Assembly: GCA_001786745.1 (NCBI GenBank)
Contig: MFTF01000018.1
Coordinates: forward strand, 23,577-87,576
DNA: 64,000 bases
Source: Candidatus Nomurabacteria bacterium RIFCSPHIGHO2_01_FULL_36_23
GTDB lineage: Bacteria > Patescibacteriota > Minisyncoccia > Phycocordibacterales > UBA9973
Direction of reading: 5' to 3'
Shown: positions 1 through 9,573 of the stretch, one piece after another
Numbering within the stretch: position 1 is the stretch's first letter
How the letters are laid out: each line of letters begins with the position of its first letter
The notes under the pieces: generated by a model
What the model saw: the letters and a program-made list of their open reading frames with translations, nothing else
Told to the model about the DNA's origin: nothing
Database searches by the model: none
Position numbers and translations under genes: made by a program

Positions 1-976
1 GTTTAAAAAAGAACAAGATGGAGAAAAAATTTCTTTTCGCGTATCAACTTTGCCAACTTTTTTTGGAGAAAAAACTGTTATGAGAATTTTAAAAGAAAAT
101 GCGCGCGGGTTTTCACTGGAGACGCTCGGTTTTCATGGTGAGGGTCTTGAAAGAATTCATGATTCATTAAAACAAAAGACGGGCATGGTTTTAGCCACCG
201 GACCTACTGGAAGCGGAAAAACGACGACTCTTTACACCATGATTGAGATTTTGAACAAGCCCGAAGTAAATATTTCCACAGTGGAAGACCCGATTGAATA
301 TCAAATGCCCAGAGTGAATCAAACACAAGTGAAACCGGAGATAGGATTATCTTTTGCCAATGGACTTCGTTCACTTCTGCGTCAAGATCCGGATATAATA
401 ATGGTGGGGGAGATTCGTGACGGTGAAACAGCCGGACTGGCCGTGAACGCTTCGCTGACAGGCCATTTGGTTCTTTCCACTATTCATACTAATTCCGCGG
501 CCGGCGCGATACCCAGAATGATAGATATGGGCGTTGAGCCCTTTTTAATAACGGCTACAGTTAAAACAATTATTGCGCAAAGATTGATTCGCAAGCTTCT
601 TCCCAATAAAGAAAAATATTTTTTATCGGCGGTTGAAATAAAAAATCTATCTAAGGTCGTAGATTTAGATAGAATGCTTGTATTGTTAAGGGATGAAAAA
701 ATCATCGGCGCAAAAGATACATGGGATAAAATTCCTTTTTACAAAGCGGTAAAAACTAGCGAATTTGAAGATGGATATTCTAATCGTATTGGCATGCATG
801 AAGTATTGACAGTGACATCTACCATAAAAGAAATGATTATCAAAGGAAGTTCTCAAAATGATTTAGAAATACAAGCGAAAAAAGAGGGGATGATGACAAT
901 GCTTGAAGATGGGGTTTTTCAAGCAGTCTTGGGCGTGACTACTTTAGAAGAAGTATTTCGTGTTGTTTCAGAGTAA
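1..976 (+). CDS. pilB: Type IV pilus/type II secretion assembly ATPase, PilB/GspE family; C-terminal part, gene starts upstream of the window
   Basis: The reading frame is open from position 2. The GspE signature FRVSTLPTFFGEKTVMRIL and Walker A GPTGSGKTTT are present. The track ORF 50..976 uses an internal TTG. Confidence 0.8.
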   Translation, partial: FKKEQDGEKISFRVSTLPTFFGEKTVMRILKENARGFSLETLGFHGEGLERIHDSLKQKTGMVLATGPTGSGKTTTLYTMIEILNKPEVNISTVEDPIEYQMPRVNQTQVKPEIGLSFANGLRSLLRQDPDIIMVGEIRDGETAGLAVNASLTGHLVLSTIHTNSAAGAIPRMIDMGVEPFLITATVKTIIAQRLIRKLLPNKEKYFLSAVEIKNLSKVVDLDRMLVLLRDEKIIGAKDTWDKIPFYKAVKTSEFEDGYSNRIGMHEVLTVTSTIKEMIIKGSSQNDLEIQAKKEGMMTMLEDGVFQAVLGVTTLEEVFRVVSE

Positions 977-2201
977 AATAAAGATGTTATTTTCATATAG
1001 GGCGAAATCAAATAATGGAGAAATTTTGGAAGGCACATTAAATGCTACAGATCGTTTTTCTCTTGCTCGTGAATTAAAATCTCGCGGGTATATTCCTTTA
1101 TCAGTTTCAGAAAAACGAGATAATTTTTTTAGTGAAATATCAAAAGTTACAAATATATTCTCAAAAGTAAGCATTGGAGAACAGATTATTTTAACAAAAA
1201 ATTTAAGCGGAATGCTCAAAGCCGGACTTTCTCTTTATCGGGCGCTGTCAGTTTTAGAAAAGCAGACAAGGAATTCAGCGCTTACTAAAATTTTAATGTC
1301 TCTGTCCAGTGATATAAATTCCGGAGAGACGCTTTCCTTCGGGCTGGCAAAATTCCCTGATGTTTTTTCCAAGCTTTTTGTGTCAATGACGCGCGCTGGC
1401 GAAGAATCAGGCAATCTCTCCGGCGCTCTCTTTGATATCGGTATGAATTTGGAAAAAGCGCATTCTTTAACAAAGAAAATACGCGGAGCGCTCATTTATC
1501 CCGGAGTAATTCTTTCCGCCATGGTTGTTATTGGCGTTTTAATGTTTGCTTTTGTGGTGCCAACTCTGGCCGGCACCTTTAAAGAGCTTGGCGTTGTTTT
1601 ACCCATATCCACTCGCATTATTGTTTGGCTTGGTAATTTTTTCTCAAACAATTTGACATTAACTTTTGTCAGTATTGTGACAGTGGCTTTTTGCATATAT
1701 TTCCTCTTTCGCGCTAGATTTATAGCAAAATATATAGATTTTATTATTTTAAGACTTCCCATCATTGGCAATATAGCAAAAGAATTAAATACTGCCCGCA
1801 CCGCTCGAACCATATCTTCCCTTTTACTTGCTGGGGTTTCTATTACTAGGGCGATTGAAATCACCGAAGATGTGGTGCAAAATATTTATTACAAACAAGT
1901 TTTAAATCAAGCGAAAACATCGGTGGAAAAGGGGACTCCATTTTTTCAAGTTTTTGGAGCTAATAACAATCTTTATCCCATAATGATGTCCGAAATGATT
2001 CAAGTTGGAGAAGAAACCGGAAAACTGTCAGATATGTTGCTTCAAATTGCTTTGTTTTATGAAGAAGAAATTGAAAATAAAACAAAAAATCTTTCGACGA
2101 TTATTGAACCAGTGCTAATGATAGTAATTGGAGCTGGGGTGGGATTTTTCGCCATATCAATGATTTCACCGCTTTATTCAGTTTTAGATAATATAAAATA
2201 A
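960..2201 (+). CDS. pilC: Type IV pilus assembly platform protein PilC (GspF family)
   Basis: 413 aa polytopic membrane protein with GspF-type repeats (EETGKLSDML). It overlaps the pilB stop, suggesting an operon. Confidence 0.8.
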   Translation: MLFQSKIKMLFSYRAKSNNGEILEGTLNATDRFSLARELKSRGYIPLSVSEKRDNFFSEISKVTNIFSKVSIGEQIILTKNLSGMLKAGLSLYRALSVLEKQTRNSALTKILMSLSSDINSGETLSFGLAKFPDVFSKLFVSMTRAGEESGNLSGALFDIGMNLEKAHSLTKKIRGALIYPGVILSAMVVIGVLMFAFVVPTLAGTFKELGVVLPISTRIIVWLGNFFSNNLTLTFVSIVTVAFCIYFLFRARFIAKYIDFIILRLPIIGNIAKELNTARTARTISSLLLAGVSITRAIEITEDVVQNIYYKQVLNQAKTSVEKGTPFFQVFGANNNLYPIMMSEMIQVGEETGKLSDMLLQIALFYEEEIENKTKNLSTIIEPVLMIVIGAGVGFFAISMISPLYSVLDNIK

Positions 2202-2656
2202 TGCTTAATTTTAAAAAGGGACTTACAATCTTGGAAGTGATAATTGTTTTATCAATTCTGGGGTTTTTGATTGCAATTGTTTTGCCTTCTTTTAAAACAA
2301 TGAGGGATAATCAGATTTTAAAGTCCGCTATTTCTAACGTATCTTCATCTCTTAATAAAGCCAAGTCACAAACGCTTGCCTCGGTAGATTCTTCAGAGTA
2401 CGGAGTGCATTTTGAGTTCGATAAAATAATAATTTTTAAAGGTCAAACCTTTTCGTCCTCTGATGCCAACAACGAAAATATACTTATTTCTCCTCCGGCA
2501 TTTATCTCCGCCATAAATCTGACGGATGGCGTGGCTGATCTTTACTTTAATAAATTGTCTGGAACACCAGATAGAACAGGAACAATTACTATATCCATAT
2601 CTTCTTTGTCAAAAATCATTACTATATCCGCTACCGGCGCAATTAGTGTAAATTAA
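2201..2656 (+). CDS. Prepilin-type N-terminal cleavage/methylation domain protein (minor pilin or pseudopilin)
   Basis: N-terminus KKGLTILEVIIVLSILGFLIA matches a class III signal (G|LTILE) followed by a hydrophobic helix. Confidence 0.6.
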   Translation: MLNFKKGLTILEVIIVLSILGFLIAIVLPSFKTMRDNQILKSAISNVSSSLNKAKSQTLASVDSSEYGVHFEFDKIIIFKGQTFSSSDANNENILISPPAFISAINLTDGVADLYFNKLSGTPDRTGTITISISSLSKIITISATGAISVN

Positions 2657-2661
2657 AATAT

Positions 2662-2706
2662 AAAAGGACGGTCCTTAAAAGAGTTTCCCCAAGGACAGTC
2701 CTTAAA
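2662..2706. repeat. Palindromic repeat element family 1, intergenic copy (AAGGACGGTCCTT-aaaagagtttcccc-AAGGACAGTCCTT)
   Basis: Two 13-nt palindromic units AAGGACNGTCCTT. A near-identical 44-nt segment lies in-frame in recJ at 8680-8722. Confidence 0.8.
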
Positions 2707-2737
2707 TTAAAGAGAAAAAGTATGATAAAATTATTAT

Positions 2738-3220
2738 ATGAAAACTGTCGGTAGTTTAGAAAAATTAAGAGGTTTTATGATGGTTGAGATACTGATTGTT
2801 ATTTCTATTATTGTCGTTTCGGTTTTAGCGGCTTTGGCTGTTGCTCAAAAATCTATTTATTTATCTAGACAATCTCTGCATCAATCTCAGGCGGCTTTTC
2901 TTCTTGAGGAAGGGGCAGAAGCGGTTAGAATTGCGCGCGATAATGCTTGGGTTAATGTTTCCAGCTTGAATCTTTCCACAGATTATTATTTATCTTTCTC
3001 CGGCGGAACTTGGACTCTGTCCACTTCTCCTTCGGGGATTGATATTTTTACCAGAAAAATTATATTTTCTTCCGCTTATAGAGATGCAAATGAAGATCTT
3101 ATTTCTTCCGGCGCATTAGATAGCCAGACAAGACTTGCGACCATAGATGTGTCTTGGCTAGAAGGCGGGCAAACTTTTTCCAAAACTATTCAATTTTATT
3201 TAGCTGATATTTTTTCGTAA
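2738..3220 (+). CDS. Minor pilin-like protein (prepilin-type N-terminus)
   Basis: N-terminus RGFMMVEILIVISIIVVSVLAAL carries a G-F-x-x-x-E motif plus a TM helix. Confidence 0.55.
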   Translation: MKTVGSLEKLRGFMMVEILIVISIIVVSVLAALAVAQKSIYLSRQSLHQSQAAFLLEEGAEAVRIARDNAWVNVSSLNLSTDYYLSFSGGTWTLSTSPSGIDIFTRKIIFSSAYRDANEDLISSGALDSQTRLATIDVSWLEGGQTFSKTIQFYLADIFS

Positions 3221-3223
3221 TCT

Positions 3224-3724
3224 ATGGAAAATAAAATACGAAAAATCAAAGGAGGTTACACATTAGTTGAAATGCTTTTTTACATTGCCCTTTTTTCCGT
3301 GCTTGCTTTGGCAATTATTACCTCTCTTATTTCCATGACCAAAGCTTTTAGAGTAACCACGGCGCAAGCCGATTTAGTTCAAAGTTCTGCTGTCATGGAA
3401 CGGATATCGCGGGAAATCCGACAAGCATATGAGATAATTTCTATCAGCGCAAACGATTTGAAACTTAATGCTAAAGATGAATCAGATAACAACAAAACCG
3501 TAGAGTTTTTACTTTTTGGCTCTAATTTACAACTTATTGAAAATAATGTATTTACAGGAGATCTAAATTCTTCAAATATTCAAATAACCGCTCTATCTTT
3601 TACGGAAATTACAACACCAGCGGGAAAAGCAGTCAAAGCAAGTTTGTCAGTAAAAAGCGTGAGAGATGCAACAGGCCGAATTGAAAATTTTTATAATACA
3701 GTCGTATTGCGAGGCGACTATTGA
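3224..3724 (+). CDS. Minor pilin-like protein (prepilin-type N-terminus)
   Basis: N-terminus KGGYTLVEMLFYIALFSVLALAII carries a G-x-T-L-x-E motif. Confidence 0.55.
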   Translation: MENKIRKIKGGYTLVEMLFYIALFSVLALAIITSLISMTKAFRVTTAQADLVQSSAVMERISREIRQAYEIISISANDLKLNAKDESDNNKTVEFLLFGSNLQLIENNVFTGDLNSSNIQITALSFTEITTPAGKAVKASLSVKSVRDATGRIENFYNTVVLRGDY

Positions 3725-5043
3725 TTAGCTATAAAGTTCATAAAGCAGAAAGTTATAAAATAAAAATGAAAGAATTAAAGGAAATTAACCCTCGCCACGA
3801 CGGGGCAAGCAAAAATAAAGGTCAAGCAATGCTGATATCGGTAATATTTTTTCTCTTCATCTCGCTTGCCATAACTTCCGGACTTGTTTCACCTTCGGTG
3901 CGTGAATTCAAAATAGCCAATGATTTAATAAAATCTCGTCAGAGTTTTTTTCTTTCCGAGTCAGCGTTAGAAGATTCATATTTTCGTCTAAAAACTGGAA
4001 AAACCATAGGTTCAACGAACACTATTACCTTGGGGAGCAACTCAGCCACAGCCGTCATAACAGATTCAGGCTATAATGAAAAAACCATTTCTTCTTTGGG
4101 AGATGTCTCTTCCAGGCAAAGAAAAAATGAAATTATATTAACTACTGGCGATGGGGTTTCTTTTAATTACGGTATTCAGTCTGGATTAGGGGGTTTTGTG
4201 ATTGGTAATGCAATAGTCAACGGTAATGTTTATTCAAACGGCACCATTACTGGAAACAATGGCGCTACCGTTACGGGGTCTGCTATTTCTGCTGGTCCCT
4301 CTGGTTTTATTGATAACATAGACATTGGACAGAATGGTATAGGAGACGCAATAGCGCGTGGGGTTACTAATTCTACTATTGCCGGTAATCTTTTCTGTCA
4401 AACCGGAACAAATAATAACAAATCTTGCAATACATCACAAACCGACCCTCCCTCGGTTGGTTTTCCTATTTCACAAGATATGCTTGATCAATGGAAACTT
4501 GACGCTGAAGCAGGAGGTGTTATTGTTGGCAATTTAACCATCTCGGTTCCAACGAGCTTGGGTCCCAAAAAAATTACTGGTGATTTGGCTATCAATAGCG
4601 ACTTAACTATCACTGATACTATTTATGTGGTCGGAAATATTACCACGAACAACAATGCTCATATTTCCTTAAGTAGTTCGTATGGTTCTATGGGCGGTAT
4701 TATCGCGACTGACGGACGAGTAATCTTATCCAACAATGCTCAATTTTTTGGTTCCGGAACGGAGGGCAGTTATATTTTACTTGTAACCACGAGTGTTTGT
4801 CCCACAGGATGTTCTGGTCAAAATGCCATAGAAATTTTAAATAATGTCGGCGCCATACTTGTAAATGCTCAAAATGGGACAGTGCATCTTAATAATAATG
4901 TTGAATTAAATGAGGTAGTAGGATATAAAATTATTATAGATAACGGCGCAGAAATTAATTACACATCAGGGTTAGCAAATAATTATTTCACTTCTGGGCC
5001 CACTGGCGGATGGAGCATTAAAAGTTGGAAAGAGGTAGAATAA
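3721..5043 (+). CDS. Large PilX-like or minor-pilin-associated protein (putative pilus tip or adhesin subunit)
   Basis: PilX_N-like segment KGQAMLISVIFFLFISLAITSGL followed by a Gly/Asn/Thr-rich beta-type region. It is last in the minor-pilin operon. The true start is probably the internal Met near 3766. Confidence 0.4.
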   Translation: MISYKVHKAESYKIKMKELKEINPRHDGASKNKGQAMLISVIFFLFISLAITSGLVSPSVREFKIANDLIKSRQSFFLSESALEDSYFRLKTGKTIGSTNTITLGSNSATAVITDSGYNEKTISSLGDVSSRQRKNEIILTTGDGVSFNYGIQSGLGGFVIGNAIVNGNVYSNGTITGNNGATVTGSAISAGPSGFIDNIDIGQNGIGDAIARGVTNSTIAGNLFCQTGTNNNKSCNTSQTDPPSVGFPISQDMLDQWKLDAEAGGVIVGNLTISVPTSLGPKKITGDLAINSDLTITDTIYVVGNITTNNNAHISLSSSYGSMGGIIATDGRVILSNNAQFFGSGTEGSYILLVTTSVCPTGCSGQNAIEILNNVGAILVNAQNGTVHLNNNVELNEVVGYKIIIDNGAEINYTSGLANNYFTSGPTGGWSIKSWKEVE

Positions 5044-5062
5044 ATAATGATATAATAAAACG

Positions 5063-5833
5063 ATGACTAAAAAAATAATTATCGGCAACTGGAAAATGAA
5101 TCCGCAAACGGAAAAAGAAGCAGAAAAGTGGTTCACCAGTATATCTCAATCAGTTGGGAGAGTTAAGAATACAGAAGTTGTAATTTGCGCGCCATTTATT
5201 TACTTAGATAAATTAACAAAAATTATAACTAGTAAAGTAAAGCTCGGCGCGCAAGATGCTTTTTGGGATGATATCGGGCCTTATACTGGAGAAATTTCTC
5301 CCGAAATGCTTTACAATATCGGCGCAAGATATGTAATCTTAGGACATTCAGAAAGACGAGCAATGGGAGAGACGAATGAACTAGTTAATAAAAAAATAAA
5401 ATCCACGCTGGCTTCCGGTCTTGTGCCCATCGTCTGTATTGGGGAAAAAGAGCGAGACCCAAATCATGAATATTTTAAAAATTTAAAAACACAAGTGAAT
5501 GAATGCTTGAAAGGAGTTGCTAAAACTTCTATCTCAAAAATTATTATTGCTTATGAACCAATTTGGGCAATTTCTTCGACTCTTAATCGGCGCGATGCCA
5601 CTTCCGCCGATTCTCGAGAAATGGCAGTATTTATTCGAAAAATACTTTCTGACATCAGTTCACCTGAAATAGTTTCCAACACCCGTGTTATTTACGGTGG
5701 TTCAGCCAACGAGCGCGATGCCGAAGATTTTCTCCAAAATGGAGGAGTAGATGGTTTGCTTCCCGGTCGAGCAAGTTTAGATCCAAAGAAGTTTTCCGAA
5801 ATTATAAAAATATGCGAGGCATTAAGCAAATAA
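5063..5833 (+). CDS. tpiA: Triosephosphate isomerase
   Basis: Motifs IIGNWKMN, AYEPIWAI and GGS..NE are present. Confidence 0.9.
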   Translation: MTKKIIIGNWKMNPQTEKEAEKWFTSISQSVGRVKNTEVVICAPFIYLDKLTKIITSKVKLGAQDAFWDDIGPYTGEISPEMLYNIGARYVILGHSERRAMGETNELVNKKIKSTLASGLVPIVCIGEKERDPNHEYFKNLKTQVNECLKGVAKTSISKIIIAYEPIWAISSTLNRRDATSADSREMAVFIRKILSDISSPEIVSNTRVIYGGSANERDAEDFLQNGGVDGLLPGRASLDPKKFSEIIKICEALSK

Positions 5834-6927
5834 AAAACATAAGAGGCAGAAAAATCTTGATAAGAGTTGATTTTAATTTGCCGATCAAAAACGGGAAAGT
5901 AGAGGACGATTTTAGAATAAAAAAAGCATTACCCACAATAAATTTTTTGCAAAAAAAAGCAGCAAAGATAATTTTAATCACCCATTTGGGTAAGGGGGGT
6001 GATACATTAGCACCGGTTGCCGAAGTTTTAAATAAATTTATAAAAATTAAATTTGTTCCAGATATTATCGGCGAAAAAACGCAAAAAGCAGTCAGAAATA
6101 TGAAGAACGGCGAGATAATTTTACTTGAAAATTTAAGGAATAATGCGGGGGAGAAAGAATGCAGTAAAATTTTTGCTGTAAATTTAGCAAAATTAGGCGA
6201 TATTTATGTAAATGAAGCCTTCCCGGTCTCACACAGAGAAGATGCATCAATTATTCTTTTACCCAAGCTTTTGCCTTCTTATGCCGGATTGCAATTAGAA
6301 AAAGAAGTAAAAAATTTATCTCATGCCTTCAATAAACCCAAACACCCTTTTTTATTTATCTTGGGAGGGGCTAAATTTTCAACAAAAATACCTTTAATTA
6401 AAAAATACTTAAAACTAGCCGACCATGTTTTTATTGGTGGAGCTCTGGCTAATGATTTCTTAAAATCTAAAGGATATGAGGTTGGACAATCTTTAGTTAG
6501 TGATACAAATTATGGAATTTCAAAAATTATAAAAAATAAGAAATTAATTTTACCAGATTATGTTGTTGTAAAATCAGGGGATAAATTAATCAACAAAAAG
6601 GCAAATGAAGTTAAAAAAGATGAAATTATTTTAGATAATGGCAGTCAAGCAGTGGGAAAACTTGCCTCATTGATTAAAACAGCTAAATTGATTCTTTGGA
6701 ATGGACCTCTTGGCAAATATGAAGTTGGTGGCGCAAGATCTACCAAAGAAGTATTAAAATTGGTTGCTTTATCAAAAGCGGAAAGCATTATCGGTGGCGG
6801 GGATACCGTTACCATGATTTCTGAAATGAATATGGAACATAAATTTTCTTTCGTATCCACTGGCGGTGGCGCCATATTGGATTTCCTCGCGAATGGCACC
6901 TTACCGGGCATTACAGCGTTGAAATAA
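5812..6927 (+). CDS. pgk: Phosphoglycerate kinase
   Basis: Motifs RVDFNLPI, ILGGAKFSTKI and GGGDT are present. It overlaps the tpiA stop by 22 nt. Confidence 0.9.
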   Translation: MRGIKQIKNIRGRKILIRVDFNLPIKNGKVEDDFRIKKALPTINFLQKKAAKIILITHLGKGGDTLAPVAEVLNKFIKIKFVPDIIGEKTQKAVRNMKNGEIILLENLRNNAGEKECSKIFAVNLAKLGDIYVNEAFPVSHREDASIILLPKLLPSYAGLQLEKEVKNLSHAFNKPKHPFLFILGGAKFSTKIPLIKKYLKLADHVFIGGALANDFLKSKGYEVGQSLVSDTNYGISKIIKNKKLILPDYVVVKSGDKLINKKANEVKKDEIILDNGSQAVGKLASLIKTAKLILWNGPLGKYEVGGARSTKEVLKLVALSKAESIIGGGDTVTMISEMNMEHKFSFVSTGGGAILDFLANGTLPGITALK

Positions 6928-7303
6928 TTTTCTTTGCTATTTCACCTGATTGCCCTTCTTGATACTTTTTGCCCGGCCATTTAGGCAGACCATCGTTAAA
7001 ATAGCGCGGTATTAAATGTATGTGAAAATGCGGAACATCTGCGCCGGCTACGGAAACATTCACATAATCGCATCCAATTCCAGTTTTCGCCGAGCGCATT
7101 AATTTTTTAACTAGTTTAAAAATACCCAATATCATTTCTTCATCAGCCTCTTGCATCCAAACCACATGAGTTTTAGGAATGACCAAAATATGCCCTTCCG
7201 AGACGGGTTCTATGTCCAAGAAAGCTAAAAAATTTTTATCTTCATAAACTTTTTCGCAAGGAATTTCTCCTTTTATAATTTTGCAAAAAATACAATTTTC
7301 CAT
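6911..7303 (-). CDS. HIT-family (histidine triad) nucleotide hydrolase
   Basis: Histidine triad HFHIHLIP. It is convergent with pgk and overlaps it by 17 nt. Confidence 0.8.
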   Translation of the reverse strand: MENCIFCKIIKGEIPCEKVYEDKNFLAFLDIEPVSEGHILVIPKTHVVWMQEADEEMILGIFKLVKKLMRSAKTGIGCDYVNVSVAGADVPHFHIHLIPRYFNDGLPKWPGKKYQEGQSGEIAKKIISTL

Positions 7304-7339
7304 AAGTATATTATAGCAAATTGTGTTAAAATTCGCTCT

Positions 7340-9073
7340 ATGGAAAAATATGGAGAATTATTGCGGAGTTTGCTCGCCAAAAGAGGAATTACTGATCCGG
7401 CGCAAGCTGAGATTTTTTTAAACCCGAATTATGAGCGTGATTTGCATGACCCCTTTTTAATGAAAGATATGGAGCGAGCTTGCGTTCGGCTTTTTGAGGC
7501 AATTGAAAATGAAGAAAAGATTATTATTTACGCGGACTATGATTGCGATGGAATTCCCGGAGCAGTTATAATTCAGGACTTATTTTCTGCCATAGGCGGA
7601 TCCGCCTTGGACGGAAAAAAAATAAATTATGAAGTCTATATGCCCCAAAGAAATTCGGAAGGATATGGGCTGAACCTTGATGCCGTTAAAAGTTTTGCCG
7701 AATCGGGAGTAAAACTTTTAATAACCATTGATCTTGGCATTACGGCTGTAGCTGAAGTAGCGCAAGCAGAGGCGGATGGTATTGATGTGATAATCACAGA
7801 TCATCACTTGCCTCGCCGAAGCGAAAGCGAAGGCGGGTTTGCCCCCCATGATCTTCCGCGCGCTTATGCAATCTTAAATCCAAAAGTAGATAACTATCCG
7901 GAGAAAATGCTATGCGGAGCCGGAGTGGTTTTTAAATTAGTACAGGGATTTGTCAAGAAATACAGTGAGTATTTTAATATAAAAAATGGTTCTGAAAAAT
8001 GGATGCTAGACATGGCGGGGCTTGCCACGTTTTCTGACATGGTTCCACTTTTAGGTGAAAATCGCGTCATTGCCTATTTTGGGATGAAGGTTTTAAGAAA
8101 ATCTCCTCGTCCGGGATTGCAAAAACTTCTGGCAAAAATGAACATTGATCAGAAATATTTAACCGAAGATGATATCGGTTTTATGATAGTCCCGCGATTG
8201 AATGCCGCTTCTCGAATGGATGATCCGATGCGCGCCTTTGAACTTCTTTCTACGCAGTCCGAGACAGAAGCCGGCGCACTCACAGAGCATTTATCAAAAA
8301 TAAATGATGAAAGGAAAAACGCTGTTATGGGAATTATGCGCGAAGTACACAAGACATTTGAAAAATTTGAAACGCGCGAAACAAGAGAAGTGATAGTCGT
8401 AGGCAATCCAAGATGGCGAGTGGGTGTTTTGGGTTTAGTGGCAGGAAAAATTTTAGACGAATACAAAAAACCTGTTTTTGTTTGGGGTAAAGATGAAAAT
8501 GATTGTATTAAAGGATCTTGTCGAAGTAATGGGTCGGTATCTGTGGTTGAACTTATGACAGAAACTAATGAATCTTTTATAGATTTTGGTGGTCATGAGC
8601 TGGCGGGCGGGTTTACAGTGCATCATGATAAAATTCACTTTTTAGAAGAAGCTCTATCGATGACTTTCGTTGAAATACAAAAAGGACAGTCCTTAAAGAA
8701 TTCCCCAGGGATTGTCCTTGGGAAGGAAGCCGACATTGCGGGCGATTTAAGTTTGGTAAACATGAAAAATTGGCGTGAAATAGAAAAACTTGCTCCTCTG
8801 GGTTTAGGAAATCCAAAACCTGTTTTTTTATTTAAAAATGTAAAAATAGAAAAAATTAAAAAGTTCGGCAAAAACGGCTCGGGAGAACATCTAGAAATTA
8901 TTTTTTCTGATGCAAACAATAAAAAAGTCAAGGCAATTTCTTTTTTTTCCAACCACAATTCTTTTAAAATACCTTTAATGGAGAAAAAAATAGTTAATCT
9001 TTTAGCCACTTTTGATTTGTCTCGTTTTCAAGGCAAAGAAGAGTTAAGATTAAGAATAGTTGATATCAAATGA
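7340..9073 (+). CDS. recJ: Single-stranded-DNA-specific exonuclease RecJ (DHH family)
   Basis: Motifs DYDCDGI, ITDHHLP and DHHA1-type GGH..AGG are present. It contains an in-frame palindromic element at 8680-8722. Confidence 0.85.
   Translation: MEKYGELLRSLLAKRGITDPAQAEIFLNPNYERDLHDPFLMKDMERACVRLFEAIENEEKIIIYADYDCDGIPGAVIIQDLFSAIGGSALDGKKINYEVYMPQRNSEGYGLNLDAVKSFAESGVKLLITIDLGITAVAEVAQAEADGIDVIITDHHLPRRSESEGGFAPHDLPRAYAILNPKVDNYPEKMLCGAGVVFKLVQGFVKKYSEYFNIKNGSEKWMLDMAGLATFSDMVPLLGENRVIAYFGMKVLRKSPRPGLQKLLAKMNIDQKYLTEDDIGFMIVPRLNAASRMDDPMRAFELLSTQSETEAGALTEHLSKINDERKNAVMGIMREVHKTFEKFETRETREVIVVGNPRWRVGVLGLVAGKILDEYKKPVFVWGKDENDCIKGSCRSNGSVSVVELMTETNESFIDFGGHELAGGFTVHHDKIHFLEEALSMTFVEIQKGQSLKNSPGIVLGKEADIAGDLSLVNMKNWREIEKLAPLGLGNPKPVFLFKNVKIEKIKKFGKNGSGEHLEIIFSDANNKKVKAISFFSNHNSFKIPLMEKKIVNLLATFDLSRFQGKEELRLRIVDIK
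8680..8722. repeat. Palindromic repeat element family 1, in-frame copy inside recJ (encodes KGQSLKNSPGIVLG)
   Basis: Sequence aaaaggacagtccttaaagaattccccagggattgtccttggg matches 2662-2706 apart from a 2-nt indel and a few substitutions. Confidence 0.75.
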
Positions 9074-9573
9074 ATAAAGATAAAATCATAATCTATACAG
9101 ACGGGGCGGCGAAAGGGAATCCAGGGAAAGCCGGTTGGGCCGCCGTCATTTTGTTCTCACAAAATTATGGTGGTCCAGGGCACGCGCATGAAATAGGGGA
9201 CAGGGTAGAACATGCGACAAATAATCAAATGGAACTTACGGCGCCGATAGAAGCACTGAAGTATTTAAGGAAGTACAAAGATACACAGGCAACGCCTGTG
9301 TATGATATAGAAATTGTCTCTGATTCTAAATATGTCATTTTAGGAATTACTGAGTGGATTTTTAATTGGCAGAAAAATAATTGGCGCAATGCCGCCAAAA
9401 AACCGGTTTTAAATCATGAACTTTGGGAAGAATTGTGTAAATTAAATATAGAATTAAAGCCCAAATGGACTTATGTAAAAGGGCACAACGGAGATAAATA
9501 CAACGATCGCGCCGATCTTATTGCCACAAGTTTTGCCGAAGGTTTTCCAGTAAAATTAAAAGATGCGAGATAA
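9070..9573 (+). CDS. rnhA: Ribonuclease HI
   Basis: Motifs IYTDGAAKGNPGKAGWAAVI, SDSKYV and KGHNGDKYNDRADLIA are present. Confidence 0.85.
   Translation: MNKDKIIIYTDGAAKGNPGKAGWAAVILFSQNYGGPGHAHEIGDRVEHATNNQMELTAPIEALKYLRKYKDTQATPVYDIEIVSDSKYVILGITEWIFNWQKNNWRNAAKKPVLNHELWEELCKLNIELKPKWTYVKGHNGDKYNDRADLIATSFAEGFPVKLKDAR

Noticed and set aside
5063-6927. tpiA preceding pgk with a 22-nt overlap, considered as possible evidence of a fusion or rearrangement.
   Set aside because: Both proteins are complete with intact termini. The overlap is ordinary translational coupling.
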